In this document: positions 15,201 through 28,740 of the stretch, piece after piece
Layout of the letters: the number at the start of each line of letters is the position of its first letter
Position numbering within the stretch: position 1 is the first letter of the stretch
NCBI GenBank assembly: GCA_043228905.1
Contig: JBHGNT010000013.1
Span: 11,780,001 to 11,844,000 of the forward strand
DNA: 64,000 nt
Source: Azolla caroliniana
Taxonomy: Eukaryota; Plantae; Polypodiophyta
Direction of reading: 5' to 3'
Position numbers and translations under genes: made by a program
The notes under the pieces: generated by a model
Told to the model about the DNA's origin: nothing
The model's database searches: none
What the model saw: the letters and a program-made list of their open reading frames with translations, nothing else

Positions 15201-18200
15201 TGCAACACCCCTACCAACAACAACCCTTTTTGTCACTGTGGAAATGCTAGCTTCAGCTCCAAGTATCAGAGCTATTAGGTAATTCCCTTATCCGTCATCA
15301 GTAAGAGGAGCTCTACAGTCAGCGTATACCCCTACTGAGCCCCCCAAGATTAACACTAGCTACGCGATGCATAGTTAGGCCATAGCCTGCACGCGTAGTT
15401 GATATCAGTCACTAGAGCACCTCTGCCTTGACCACTGACGAATCATATCACCTGATCCCACAAGTGTCCGTTCACATCTAGAGAGCGTTCAAAGCTGGTA
15501 CATGACATTTCACATCCCAACATTCCATTCCAATTTTCCTACACATTCCAGCCACACTGCAGCGGATGAGGTGCATCTGAGCACTATGGCAAGCAAGTTC
15601 AACCATAACTGACGATTACTGGTCCATTCAACTATGCGACAAAAACTGGCATGGAGAATACAAGCCTCCGTTTGCCAAAGTTATTGGGATACCCAACTCT
15701 CCAAATGCAATGCAGATGCCACCTAGTTCTCCATCTTTCTAGCTCATCACTGCTGAGAACATGCTGTTCAGCAAGAGAAAGTACTGGCACAACAACAGCA
15801 ACAATACAGGGGAGCAAGTCACCTCCTTCCTGATAATATGACAGGCCAACCACCTGTCACAACAGCGAACCATAGCAGAAGTCAACAGCTCAAACATCAC
15901 CGAATTCTGGTTGTCCCTCAACGGAAAAATTGTCAGCTGGTACAACTGATTTCCCCCTAAACACTTACAATGTTTGGTGATGTCCGTGAGCTTCCTTCAC
16001 ATGACCCACCGGGAACTCCCTCACCAAACCCCTCTGCTGTCCACTGTACTAATTGCCTAAATTCGGGCCTTTTGGGCACAACCTGCTCATTGGGCATTCA
16101 GTGCACAATCTGCCACACTCACTCACCCACTATGGAACGCTGCTCACTAGAACAGATATCCATTCCCTGTCTCAGCAGTGGTCCTCCATTTAGCCAATGA
16201 AGGTGCCAAATTGAACTTACAACAGTTAAGGGTTTACAGGATTTACGGTTTAGCTCTGTCCCATGGTGACTTCCTTAACACCAATAGTTAGCCAGCTGGA
16301 CTCATACATCTGATCTGGTTAACCTCAACCTTGCACCAGATCCCTGGCTGAGCTCATGAGAGCCTATGACACTCTCCAACGAGAGATAGCAGCATCTCAA
16401 TATATTCAAGAGACCACACTTGAAGAAGTCAAGCTTGGGAGAAAGGAGAACCCATGTCACATGAAGATTGCTGGGAACTTGCTGCCCCTTCCGCCAAGAT
16501 TTGATTGATCCGGTCAGAGTACTTACAAGAACAAAGCCATGCCAGACCTCAATCCCCCACTTTTACCAACATTCCATCCACCCTAAGAAGAATATGGCCC
16601 CAGTTCAACAACACCAATAATAGCTAAACTCCAACTAGACAGCACGTTGTTGCGATGATGCGCGTGTGTGTGCTACTCGAGCAAGACCATGGGGGTCTTG
16701 GACCAGGGAGTTGAAAAGATGGGAGAAACTACTAGTCGAAGGCTCTAGGTGAACAAACTAACTGAATGGACTAGTCGAATGCTCGCGCTAGTCGTAGATT
16801 CAACCTTACTCAAAAGTTTGGTCTAGTCGACGATTCAACTAGTTGAAGAAGCTACTCGACAGCTCCTTAGTTGAAGAGAGCATTTGTCGAAGAAAGCCCT
16901 TGTCGAAGGATCTTGAGACACGAATATTCGGGCGCAAGAGTATACAACAGATCTTTACAAATTTAGGTTTACAATGATTGGAGATAGAATACCACAATTT
17001 TGGTGGTTTTTACAAAATGGTCATACAATTTGAGCACAAACGAAAACGAAACGAATGAAAGGGAGCTATGCAGTTTCCAGTGAAGGTGAGTCCAGTGAGC
17101 CATCGGGATTGCGACTACCACCGTTGGCTACATTGCTCGGATGAGGGTGTAGTGTTCCCATTGTTGGGGTAAAGGCCCAAATGACCCCTTATAGTGTGTA
17201 AATGTGTATAGGCCTATTTATAGAGGCCAAAAGTCACTAATAACTTTTTCGTTATTTTTGGGCCAAGTTCAGTTTGAGCTTGGCCAACCCTAAATGGGTC
17301 ATTAAAACATATGTTGAAAACTTTTGGATCTCACATAAAAGGTGAGCTCCTCCAACTACTGCTCTCTCTCTATCTTTTCTATCATAGCTCCACTATTCCA
17401 TCTAAAGAGCCTATACTAGGGTGAATCCTGAGTATTCCTCAGCCCTATTGACATCATTCCTAACCCTTACAACTGGTATCAAAGCGGGTTTAGGGTTTCA
17501 GAATTTCTGTGTAGGTGCTGTAGAGCAAAGAAAAAGTGTTCAGACCTCTTTATTGTGTAGCTATGGCATCATCCTCCTCAAATGTGAAGAACCTATTTGA
17601 GATTCGACGATTTGAGGGAACAGGTTTTGACTTGTGGAAGGAGAGAAGGCAAGGAATTCTTTTTTTGAAGGATTGTGATAGGGCATTGGAGGCAAAAAAA
17701 ACAGAGAACATGTCAGAAGATGCATGGCGGATTTTAAACAAAAAGGCTGTCATATATATTAAGATGGCTGTTTCTGATGAGATTTTGGTAGATCTCAAAG
17801 GGATGGTATCTGCTTCTGAAAAATGGGCAAAGCTGAAGGCTACATATGAAAACAATATGCCTGTTAATCAAGTACACCTAATGCGAAAGCCAAGAGTGCA
17901 GTTGGACACTTGTCCTTGTTTACAGGTACCTTATCACAGCTACGGGACTCAAGAATGGCTCCTTTTGATGACAAGCTCAAAGCCATTTTCCTACCAATGA
18001 CACTACTTGACTCATGGGAGACATTGGTGGTCTCATTGTCAATTTCCACATCATGGATTTTCCAGGCATGTCATGTGTTGGCAGTCTTGTAGGGGACATG
18101 TAATTCCAGGTAAATAGGAGATGCAATCCAATAATATAATTCAACATAACTATAGGATATAAAGAGAAGGGCATTTAAAGAATTGATAAGTTTGGCCCTC

Positions 18201-21200
18201 TTGAAAAATCGTGTACTTTAAAGAGGAACTAGTTACTGTAGAACTATTCATGGACCGCTATGTAATTGATGTGAAGTAAGAACAGGAATTACTTTATGAT
18301 GGGCAGGCCAACAATGTTGCCTACCCTTCTGCCTTGCATCATAAAGTTCTCTTATAATGCCTTGTAAGGAGGAGAAGAGTTAAATATTTTGATTCATCTT
18401 ACTTTTATGAGTGCTAATCGGGTAATATTGGTCTGCTAAGATACTATTGAGACTTCTACCATCTCTCCATCTATTCTGAGTATTGAGCATTGTTCTCCTC
18501 GAACGGGTGCCTTTATTGCCCTGTATGATTCTCCTCGAATATATAGCCCTTGCTATCCCCCAAATGCAGGTAGCCATTCCCTGTTTAGGGGCTGATTTCT
18601 GTCTGGGTGCCATAAATCGAGTGCAACACTCCACAAGAAAACGTCAACCCCCAGTCATAACTGACTCAAAGACCTACTCCCCACCATCTCAGCTCCAAGT
18701 ATCAGAGCTATTAAGTACTCAAACATATCTGTGCTTGGAGGGCAGTGCTCTACCATCTGTGACCACACCTACATAACCTCACGACATTAACACACATACA
18801 CGCACATGTACATATATATGCATACACATTTATACAAGAACAAACACAGATATTTTATTTCCTAAATAGGCAACTGAATAATTCACCTACAAAGCAATAA
18901 CAAGGTGAAAGAGCAATTCTTTTACCTCTCACTTTTCAGATAAAGACTCATTGCAGCTCTGTATGTATCAAATGCCATTTGCTCCTTTCCTTCCTCTTCA
19001 AGGATGCCACAAGAGTCCATATACAACCGTAGGGCATCATCTGGCTTCACATCCTCTAAAGCCCTGTTCAATATGCAAAAGCAAATTTGATGTCAAACAT
19101 TCAATATAAACATAGTTGAAAACTTGCCAATAATTAGCTATGCATCACTGCCAAATAATCTCACCTAGCACCCTTTGCAAGAGCATCTGCACTTGGCTGT
19201 GGCATTCCACATTCTATATAGAGTTCAGAAGCTCTCTTGTATAAATCTAAGACCTCTTCAAATCTACTAAGATCTTTTGCAAGTGCTCCTGCTGCCTCCA
19301 AATTCTTAGCTGCCTGCCAGGGTCTATGGTGGAGTGAAGGACATTCAATCACATGCCATTTTAATCTTGCAAATCAGTCACAATCATTTAATAGAACAGA
19401 CACTCAATATATACATGGACCTGATACTATGAATGAGACAAATGCAGAAAAATCCAACGTAAACCAAAACCTGATCTAACCTAATAGTTCTGATAGCAAT
19501 TGATGAATAGCCTTTGGAAGAGCACATATAGTGAAATGAATAAGTGATCATAAATAAGGATACGAAGAAAGCCTTTCTTGACCCTCTGCAGCTCTTTCAT
19601 AGGCCTCCTTTGCTTTTTCAAGTTTCTTTGCGAGTTTGAAGGAAATAGCTGAAAGAAAACATCGAATCAAACAAAATGTTTTACTATAGATATGTGTCAT
19701 GTTGATAACAGGTTACCTGCTTGCTCATAAAGAGCTGTTGCTGCATTCCAGTCAGTAGACCATTTGAAAAAGGATAACTTGGTCCTGAAATGACAATATT
19801 ATACTTGATCATGAATGTTCGTTTTGTAATCCTATTAAAGGTTTGAATAAAAATCAAAACTTAATAGCATCAAGATCATGGTCAGGAATAAAAGTTACAA
19901 AAGTTAAGAAACCCTTAAAATACTTTGAGCCCTTTGACTAAAAACAATGTCTGAGTTTGCTGAAATCCTCAATTACTACTGGCAGATTTCTACTCTAAAA
20001 TTGAGTTGGATGTATCTACATCTTAAGGTTCAAACTTTCAAAAGTCGACTTCCAGAATTGCAAGTGTCAGTTACAGCAACATATGCACATATTAATACTG
20101 ATCTCAAAAATCCAAATATTTGTGGAATTTTAATTCCAAACATCTCAAAATTAAACCTGAAAGTGAATTTTCTAATATTGCAAGTAAAAACATTGATGGA
20201 CATACATTGTTAAAGCTTTATCCTAATGTAAGCAAAAGATAAGGAAATATAAGAGAGGAAAACAGAGAAAACAAGGTGCCGATCCACCCGACCACCCCCG
20301 AGCGAAGGGATCGAGACTAACTCGAGCCTCGATCGGCATCCCATACCACTGCCGTGGCATCGAGTCATACCTGGTATTGGTGCACACGCTACAAGAGTTG
20401 ATCACCACAAGATCACAGTCTCGACATAGTCGATGATCTATCAAATGAGGGTAGCTAGGCCTCATATTTATAGCCAGATCTAAGGCCCCCAGGCAAGTTC
20501 ACACTTGGCCTTAATGGGTTGTCTCAATCTCTAGGATTAAAAGTAATCCTCCCTTCTTTACACTCTCGATTAACCCTCACAAGTTATCCTCGTGTATAGA
20601 ATACTACGATACAAATTACCACAAGATATTATATGGTCATGCCCGTAATATACTCTCCCTCTCTAAAACATTGCACTGTTGCAATGAAAAGTTAGGGTAG
20701 GTAGTTGTAAGAGTATTTTCTCATTCCCATGTAGCATCTCTTATAGACTTATCCATTCATTTAATTTTAAATTCTCGAATTATTTTAGAACGCAAATGTT
20801 TCGTTTTAACATTGAGAATTCTCTTTGGTACATGTGGTTTAGAAGCTAAAACTTCAGAAGTAACCAACGTTTTAGTTGTAACTGTATTGTAACCAAAACC
20901 ACGCGATTCTTTTAGATGACTTACATGAAAAACTGGATGAATTTCGACACCATTAGGAAGAGCAAGACAATAGGCTGATAAACCAATGCGTTTGAGGACT
21001 GTAAAAGGTCCACAAAACGGTGGGGCTAACTTAGCACACTTACCTGTAGACAATGTTTTAGAATTGTGAGGTACACGTAGAAATACCTTCTATCCAGGGT
21101 TGAATACATGAGGTTGCCTATTATGGTCAGCATAAATACGCACTCTATCTTGAGCAATTTTTATATTATCTCTTACAATATACAACATATCTTGCATATC

Positions 21201-24200
21201 CCTTAGAAAGTTTTGCATACTTCGCAACTCATCATGATGTATATTAATATCTGTTAGGAATCGACCGGCCACAACCGGTTGTACGTTCGTATTCATGTGC
21301 AGAAACCAACTCACGATTACAGAGGCAACTGCCTCGTTCTAACTTTACAATAATGATCAACTACTACTTACTAAAGTTTGCTCTAGTTGCTAATAAACAA
21401 AACCAACTTTCTGGCTATTTACAAGTATAGCCCACAAGGGGCATTTTAGACTATTTACAATTATAGTCTTCCGAAACGATTTCGGGTTCGGCCTCGGCCA
21501 AGATACTCACCAAACACGATACTTCTCTTCCCATCCGGAGGGACATGTTTCCCAACAAACTCCCCCTTCACTCCGGCATGGGGTACTTCACCAAACTAAC
21601 CCTCTATCGGCACGCGTTTAGCTTTTCGGTTGACAGCACCTTCGTCAGCATATCTGATCCATTTTCGACCGTGTGGATCTTCACTATAGCAAACTCCTTT
21701 TCTTCTACTCGCTCTCGGAGCCAATGCTATCTTCTCTGGATGTGTATGGTCCTCGAGTGGTAGGTGGCATTTTTCACAGGGTGGATGGCACTTTGGTTAT
21801 CGCAATGGAGTTGGAATTCCTCCTGCCGAATTCCCGTCTCATCGATAAACTCCTTCATCCATATGATTTCCTTGCCGGCTTTCACTGCGGCCATATATTC
21901 GGCTTCTGTGGTCGACAGCACCACGGCCTTCTGCAGCCTCGACTGCCACGAAATTGCTCCCCCGGCATAAGTCATTATGTACCCGGACATGGATCGGCTG
22001 GTATCCACATCAGCCGACATGTCCGAGTCAGTATACCCTTCCAATGTGGGGTTACCTGAACCGAAACGAAGACACACGTTCGAGATGCCTTTTAGGTACC
22101 GAAGTATCCACTTCACGGCAGCCCAATCCTCACTTCCGGGGTTGCTCATATATCGGCTAACCACGCCGACTGCGTATCCTATGTCCGGCCTAGTACATAC
22201 CATCGCGTACATCAGGCTTCCAACTGCCGAGGCATAAGGAACTTTTGACATCTCGGTCTTCTCGGTTTTCGATTTCGGACATTGTTCTTTGCTTAGCTTG
22301 CAGTTCGTTAGCAGCGTCGAGCCGACCGGTTTCACGCTTTCCACGCCGAATCTCTGGAGCACCTTTGTCACGTGTTTTTCTTGTGACAGCCACAACAATT
22401 TCTTTGTTTGATCCCGAACAATATGCATCCCTAGGATTTGCTTTGCCGGACCCATGTCCTTCATCGAGAACGATCTGCTCAAAGCCTTCTTCAGGACTTG
22501 GATCTTCGTATGGTCCCGTCCGACAATCAGCATGTCGTCCACGTACAACAGGAGGATGAGGAAATCTCCTCCGTCGAATTTCTTCACAAATACGCAATGA
22601 TCGGCCTACGTTTTGTAGTACCCGTTGTCGGTCATGAAGGATTCAAATTTTCGGTACCATTGCTGAGGTGCTTGCTTCAACCCGTACAAGCTCTTCCTTA
22701 ATCAGCATACCAGGTTCTCTTTACCTTTCTCCACAAATCCTTCCTGCTTGTGCATATAGATCTCCTCTTTGAGATCACCGTGCAGAAACGTCGTATTGAC
22801 ATCCAATTGCTCGACTTCGAGATCCATGTTGGCCGCGATGCTCAGCACGGTTCGGATTGACGTCATCTTTACGACTAGGGCAAATATTTCGTTGAAATCG
22901 ACACCCTTCTTCTGCTGAAAGCCTTTCACAACGATTCGTGCTTTGTACCTGGGTGGATTCCCGCCTTCTCCCATTTTCAACTTGTATACCCATTTATTCC
23001 AAAGTGCCTTCTTTCCTCTTGGCAATTCGTCAGTTCATATGTGTGGTTCTCATGCAAGGAATCCATCTCCTCTTGCATGGCACTCAACCACTTTCGGTTG
23101 TGGGTATCTTCCTTAGCTTCTTCAAAGCTTTCCGACTCCCCCTCATCGCTTAGCAGTACACGCTCTTCATCGGTTAGGGGTATCTTCAGCCTCCATTCGG
23201 CACGGTCGGTTCTTCTTCGACTTCTTCGTCCGAGTCGAATTCAGTTCCTTGTTCGGCCGTTTCCCCTCGTTCTTCAGTCAGTTTATGATTTTGACCAGTA
23301 TTAAATCGGTCGACTGGCTCGGCATCGGCTTCTACTCGATTCGGCCGAGTGTCAACTTGGTTTGATTCGGTAGTTGGAGACTTATTCTCAATCTCCCAGT
23401 CAACTATTGTCTTTTCCTCCATGAAGACAATGTTGTAGCTCCTAATCACTTTCTTCTCGGCTAAGTCCCATAGCCGATAGCCAAATTCATCATTGCCGTA
23501 GCCGAGAAATATACCTAGCTGAGATTTCGGGTCTAGTTTTCCCCTTTGGTCTTTTGCCACATGCACATAGGCAAGACCGCCGAACACCCTCAGATGTCGG
23601 TACGAAACGTCTTTGCCGCTCCACACCCTTTGTGGGATATCACCATCCAGGGGGTGATCAGTTTATCACGTACGTTGCCATCATCAGCGCCTCAACCCGG
23701 AACATCTTCGGTAACTTAGCATGTGCAAGCATACTTCGAACCCTTTCCATTACGGTCCGGTTCATTCTCTCGGCCAGCCCATTAAGCTCTGGCACCTTCG
23801 GCACGGTATACTCGAGCCGGATTCCTTGATTTTGGCAATATTCTTTGAATGGTCCACGGTACTCTTTACCATTGTCCGCTCGGACTGCCTTCAATTTTCG
23901 GCCGGTTTCTCTCTCGGCCCTCGCTTGGAACTCTTTGAAGACGGATAACACTTGATCCTTCGTCTTTAACACGGAAGCCCACAACTTCCAGCTATAGTCA
24001 TCAATGAAGGTCATGAAATACTGTGAACCACCATGCGACTTCGTGTCCACATAGCACACGTCCGTATGCACGAGTTCCAATGGCATTTTCTTCCTCATCG
24101 GGGGCTTTGCTCGGAAGGATGTTCGATTTTGCTATGCAATTAGTGCACTTCTCAAGTTGCACATTCTTCACCTCCGGAATGAGATTGTCCTCAGCAAGCT

Positions 24201-27200
24201 TTCGCATCCCCTTCTAGCTCATATGGCACAACCTCATGTGCCACTGTTCACCGACCGTCTCGGCTGCAACGTTTGCTTCCCCTCAGCATATTCGAGCAGT
24301 CATTATGTACAGTGTGTTGGTTTTCCAAGCTCGAGCCACGATCAGACTTCCCTTGCAGAACTTCATGACACCGTTCCGGATGCTACCCGTGTAGCCTTCA
24401 TCATCTAGCCGACCGGCTGATATTAAGTTCAATCGAACCTCCGGAATGTGTCGTACATCTCTCAACACGAGTTTGCACCCAGTTGAGGTTTCCAAACACA
24501 CATCTCCAATGCCGACGATTCAACATACTCCTTCATTTCCCATCTTTACAGATCCGAGATCTCCGGCTCTGTAGGATGAGAAGCACTTTCGGTCAAGGGT
24601 TAGGTGAAACGACGCACCCGAATTGACCACCCATGTCGATTCTTCACTTGCGAGATTCACTTCGTTTTGCTCACTAATGAGCAACAACTCCTCACTCGTT
24701 GCGATTGCTGAGGCGTTCTTTCTGTCCGGGATTTTCTTCGGCTCTACACCATTAGCTCCCCCTTTCTCCTTTCGAAAGTGTCGGCAATTTTTCTGGAAGT
24801 GCCTTGGCTTCCCACAATAGAAGCACGTGGGCGTCCCCCTCGACTTCGACTTGGTCCCCGACTTATCTCGGTTCTGGGGACTTCGATTTCGACCTCTTCC
24901 CTGAATCGTGTCACCTTCCCTGACTAAGGCCTTCTGATCGGTATTGGACTCACGGTCCTTCCGGCGAGCTTCTTCATTCAGCAAGCTCGACTTCGCCTGC
25001 TCTAGGGACAGATGCTTCCCTTCCGGCCCGGCGTTGTCCAAAGTGACAACAAGCGTCTCCCAGCTGTCCGGAAGGGATCCCATCAACAATAGTGCTAATA
25101 CCTCGTCGGCCAGAGGTACTTCTAGAGAGGTGGTTTGGTTCATCAACCCTTGGAAGGCATTGATGTGCTCCACCATACTGAAGCCATCCTGATACTGGAG
25201 CCTCACGATTTTTCGAAATACTGAGACTCGGTTCACGACATTCTTGTTTTCGAACATGACGTCGATCTTCTTCCATAGGACGTCTGCTTTTGTTTCTTCA
25301 CCAAAGTTGTTGTATAGACTCATGTCTATAAAACACCTTATATATGCGGCCGCCTTCATATGCAACACTTCTCAAGTCGTTGCATCGATCTTGTCTGGTC
25401 TTTTATCTCCGAACTACACTGGCAGCCAGAGGTCTTTGCACGCGAGTATGTCTCTCATCTTCGACTTCCACACTAAGTAGTTGGAGCTGGTTAGCTTAAA
25501 CATGCCGCCGAACGAGTCTTCCGTTGCTCTGATACCACTTTGTTGGGAATCGACCGGCCACAACCGGTTGTACGTTCGTATTCGTGTGCAGAAACCAAGA
25601 ACTAGCACACAGACGAAAACGTGAAGACACAGAGACACCGACATTTTACGTGGAAAACCCGAAATGGGAAAAACCACGAGGGTCCACAAACCCCGAGAAA
25701 AACAGATCACTATAGTAGAGAGGAAGTACAAATACGGAACTCGGAGGCAACGACCTCGAGTTCTCCTTCGTCTGACAGACAGCTACAGAGTTACACTCTC
25801 ACTCACGGTTAAAGAGGCAACTGCCTCGTTCTAACTTTACAATAATGATCAACTACTGCTTACTAAAGTTTGCCCTAGTTGCTTATAAACAAAAGCAACT
25901 TTCTGGCTATTTACAAGTATAGCCCACAAGGGGCATTTTAGATTATTTACAATTATAGTCTTCCAAAACAATTTTGGTTTTCGATTTCAGTTTTTGATTT
26001 CGGTATTGGCCTCAACCGAGATACTCACCAAACACGGTACTTCTCTTCCTATCCGGAGGGACATGTTTCCCAACAAACTTGGTTTCTGCACACGAATACG
26101 AACGTAGAACCGGTTGTGGTCGGTCGATTCCTAACAATATCAATCAGGGCTCGTGGCTGAAAACCATACAACAACATAAAGGACTATATCCCATCGATGT
26201 ATGTTTGGAGCTATTATAAGCAAACTCCAAAATTGGGAGATAACGTTCCCATTTCGTTGGCTTTGCACCAACGTATGCTTGAAGCATGTCCTCAATAATT
26301 TGATTTACTCATTTTGTTTGTCCATCGGATTGAGGATGATCCGTGGAACTCATGTTCAATGTAGTTTTTAACTTCTTAAAGACTTACGTCCAAAAGTCGG
26401 TAGTAAACTTTGGATCTCGATCACTCATGATATCCATCGGTAACCCATAAAAATGAAATAACTTATCAACGAATTGGTAACCCAATTCAGGAGTTGTTGC
26501 CATGGTTTTGGTAGCAATAAATCTAGCCATTTTAGTTAGTCTATCAACCACAACCCAAATGGCATCATGACCTTTTTGGGTGCGAGGAAAGCTAACAATA
26601 AAGTCCATGGATATATTTTCCTACTTATTGTTGGGAATTTCCGAGGGATGTAAAAGTCCAACAGTTTTAAGTCGCTTGGCTTTGTTAACCTAACACTGGT
26701 GACATTTAGTCACATAGCTATGTATGTCAGGATGCATCTTAGGCCAGTAGAATTGAGGAGATGAGAACGAGTGTGCGATGTATTCCAAGGTACCCTGCTA
26801 AGGGTACATCATGACATTAAAAAAGAATTCTCTTTTTGACCTCAAGCAAATCTGGAACACGAACTTTCCACAAAACGATTTCCATAAAGATAATGGTGCC
26901 ATGATACCAATTGTTAGAGCTTTATCCTAATGTAAGCAAACAATAAGGAAATATAAGATAGGAAAATAGAGAAGAGAAAGAAATAAGGGTGTCGATCCAC
27001 CCACCCACCCCCAAGGGAAAGGATCAAGACGGACTCGAGCCTTGATCGGCGTCCCATACCACTGTCGTGGCATTGAGTCATACCTGCTATTGGTGTGCTC
27101 GCTACAAGTGTTGATCACCACAAGATCAAAGTCTCGATGTACTCGATAATCTATCAAATGAGGGTAGCTAGGCCTCATATTTATAGCCAAATCTAAGACC

Positions 27201-28537
27201 CCTAGGAAAGTTCACACTTGGCCTTAATGGGTTGTCTCAATCCCTAGGATTAAAAGTAATTCTCCATTCTTTACACTCTCGGTTAACCCTCACAAGTTAT
27301 CCTCGTGTGAAGAATACTACGGTACAACTTACCACAAGATATTATATGGTCATGCCCATAACATACATCTATCCCATGTGTTGCACAGTGTGATAGGACA
27401 ATTGTGGACCTCTTCACATCAATTAGAGATCGAGATAATCAAATATGCATGCACACCTTTGGAAGAAAGAATTTTCCGATTGTGTAATCAAGGAGTGGAA
27501 TCTAAAGACCGCTATGTTTGCCATTGTACTGATTTCATGAAGTAAGAGAGAGATACCATCTCCTTTTTAACCAAGGCTTTGACCCACTACACAAGGTACT
27601 CGAATATGAGGACCAAATCCAATGGGGTTGTTCTTGCTAGAACTCAAGAGAAGAAGTTGAAGGACAACAATAAAACCACATAAGTCCATCGACAAAGACC
27701 AATCACGAATTTCTTTAGCCCCATTACTCCTACTCATGCTACAAGTCAATAAAGGGCTATACAAGTGAGTTTCTGACAAGGACATGGAAACAGGTCACAA
27801 TAGATAAGGCAATAGCAATTTTTCATGCATGTAAGCCCCTTGCCTCATGAACCACAACATCACCACCCTTGTCATAAAGGCCATTATCTCCCGGCATTGC
27901 AGGCACTCCCCTCCTCCGGATATACCTCCAAAATTCCTGATTGACCTATGCTAGAGATCTTTGGAAGACAAAATTTATAATCTATCTGATTTAAAAAATT
28001 TACATGCATTGAAAAAGAGATTCTTTAGTTGCTTCTGTTTTTATTACTTTTCTACTTAATTTAATTTAGTTTCATTTGTGGTTCTCAGAGATGAGACAAG
28101 ATTTTAAGATGTAATCTCTTGTTTAGTCTTATAGGCCATTTGGTCTCTTAAAAGATATTGATAATTGTTTATTTCTTTTTTCTTCAAATAAATTCCCAAA
28201 AAACTTCTATTGAAATAATTCTGGCATAAAAAGACTTTTCCAAGCAGGGTATTGTTAGAAAAAATGCTGATCTCTGAAAATTACACCGCATGAAGGATTG
28301 ATTCTTCAAATGATTCAATCTTAAGGATGTTTCTTGTTTGCACTTGGTATGATCTTGCTCATTGGGTAAACATAACTGTTTGTACTGACTTCTTCCTTGG
28401 AGGATAGTTCTTTCAGGCATTGTACACAATCTTTTCTGAAAGAAAACAAACTGTATGAAAAAGGAGGAGAGAGAGAGAACTTACAATTTGTTAGCTTTCT
28501 TAAGGAGCTGTTCAGCATCGTCAAGCTTCGCGGCCAT
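12297..28537 (-). CDS. GSNAP: Gamma-soluble NSF attachment protein (gamma-SNAP), 9 exons (28537-28485, 19784-19717, 19648-19564, 19323-19165, 19063-18926, 13580-13502, 13421-13342, 13240-13108, 12374-12297)
   Basis: Spliced frame MAAKLDDAEQLLKKANKL|TKLSFFKWSTDWNAATALYEQA|...PWQAAKNLEAAG...PQPSADALAKGAR|...AYLSAIIVYLYAHD...|IVRLANKLPTGD...EDDLT* with GT-AG introns. The C-terminal EDDLx motif is typical of SNAPs. Confidence 0.92.
14652..18792 (+). mobile_element. Old degenerate Gypsy-like LTR retrotransposon in gamma-SNAP intron 5 (diverged LTR-like repeats about 14652-15355 and 18222-18792)
   Basis: Two clearly related but diverged repeats, both ending ttaaca. Between them are gag-like (FWLSLNGKIVSWYN), Cys/His-knuckle-like and RT N-terminal-like (FYQHSIHPKKNMAPVQQHQ) remnants with stops. 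Confidence 0.5.
16648..18050 (+). mobile_element. Truncated Copia element: 5' LTR 16648-17471, tRNA-iMet PBS 17474-17485, broken gag
   Basis: TG...CA repeat end followed by TGGTATCAAAGC, then Copia gag N-terminus (FEIRRFEGTGFDLWKER...KLKATYE...LLDSWETLVVSLS). Confidence 0.75.
20208..27363 (-). mobile_element. Internally deleted chromoviral Gypsy element (LTRs 20208-20650 and 26912-27363; TSD TACAT)
   Basis: TACAT at 20203-20207 and 27364-27368. PBS remnant TGGTATCA at about 26902-26909 and PPT at about 20653-20664. Integrase (MDFIVSFPRTQKGHDAIWVVVDRLTK; IHPVFHVSHLK) and chromodomain remnants (ILNVKTKHLRSK...DATWE) are present; gag/PR/RT are absent. Confidence 0.9.
21252..26136 (-). mobile_element. 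Copia (Tork/TAR-like) element nested in the Gypsy integrase; LTRs 21252-21557 (internally deleted) and 25541-26075, plus inverted cap 26078-26136; TSD ATATC
   Basis: ATATC at 21247-21251 and 26137-26141. PBS GCTCTGATACCA at 25526-25537; PPT after 21557. gag(CCHC)-PR-INT-RT(YVDD)-RNaseH order with several stops and frameshifts. Confidence 0.92.
27369..27690 (+). mobile_element. 5'-truncated LINE ORF2 3' fragment
   Basis: Degenerate translation IGQLWTSSHQLEIE...EERI.RLCNQGVES.D.YVCHC resembles the C-terminal Cys/His region of non-LTR retrotransposon ORF2. Confidence 0.5.
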
Positions 28538-28740
28538 CTCTGTTGACGCCTGTGCAGGAAAGAAGGAAGGAACGATCGATCGATGAAAGATGGAAGATGT
28601 ATAGGGAAATAGGAATGAAATCGTTTCTTTATTTCCCCAAATGCCCTTGTCTGCCCCTAGAGAGACTAACGCGTCGGGATCGTGCAAACCCGAAGATAAA
28701 TAACACTATTTATTGAGAGAGAGAGAGAGAGAGAGCCTAT

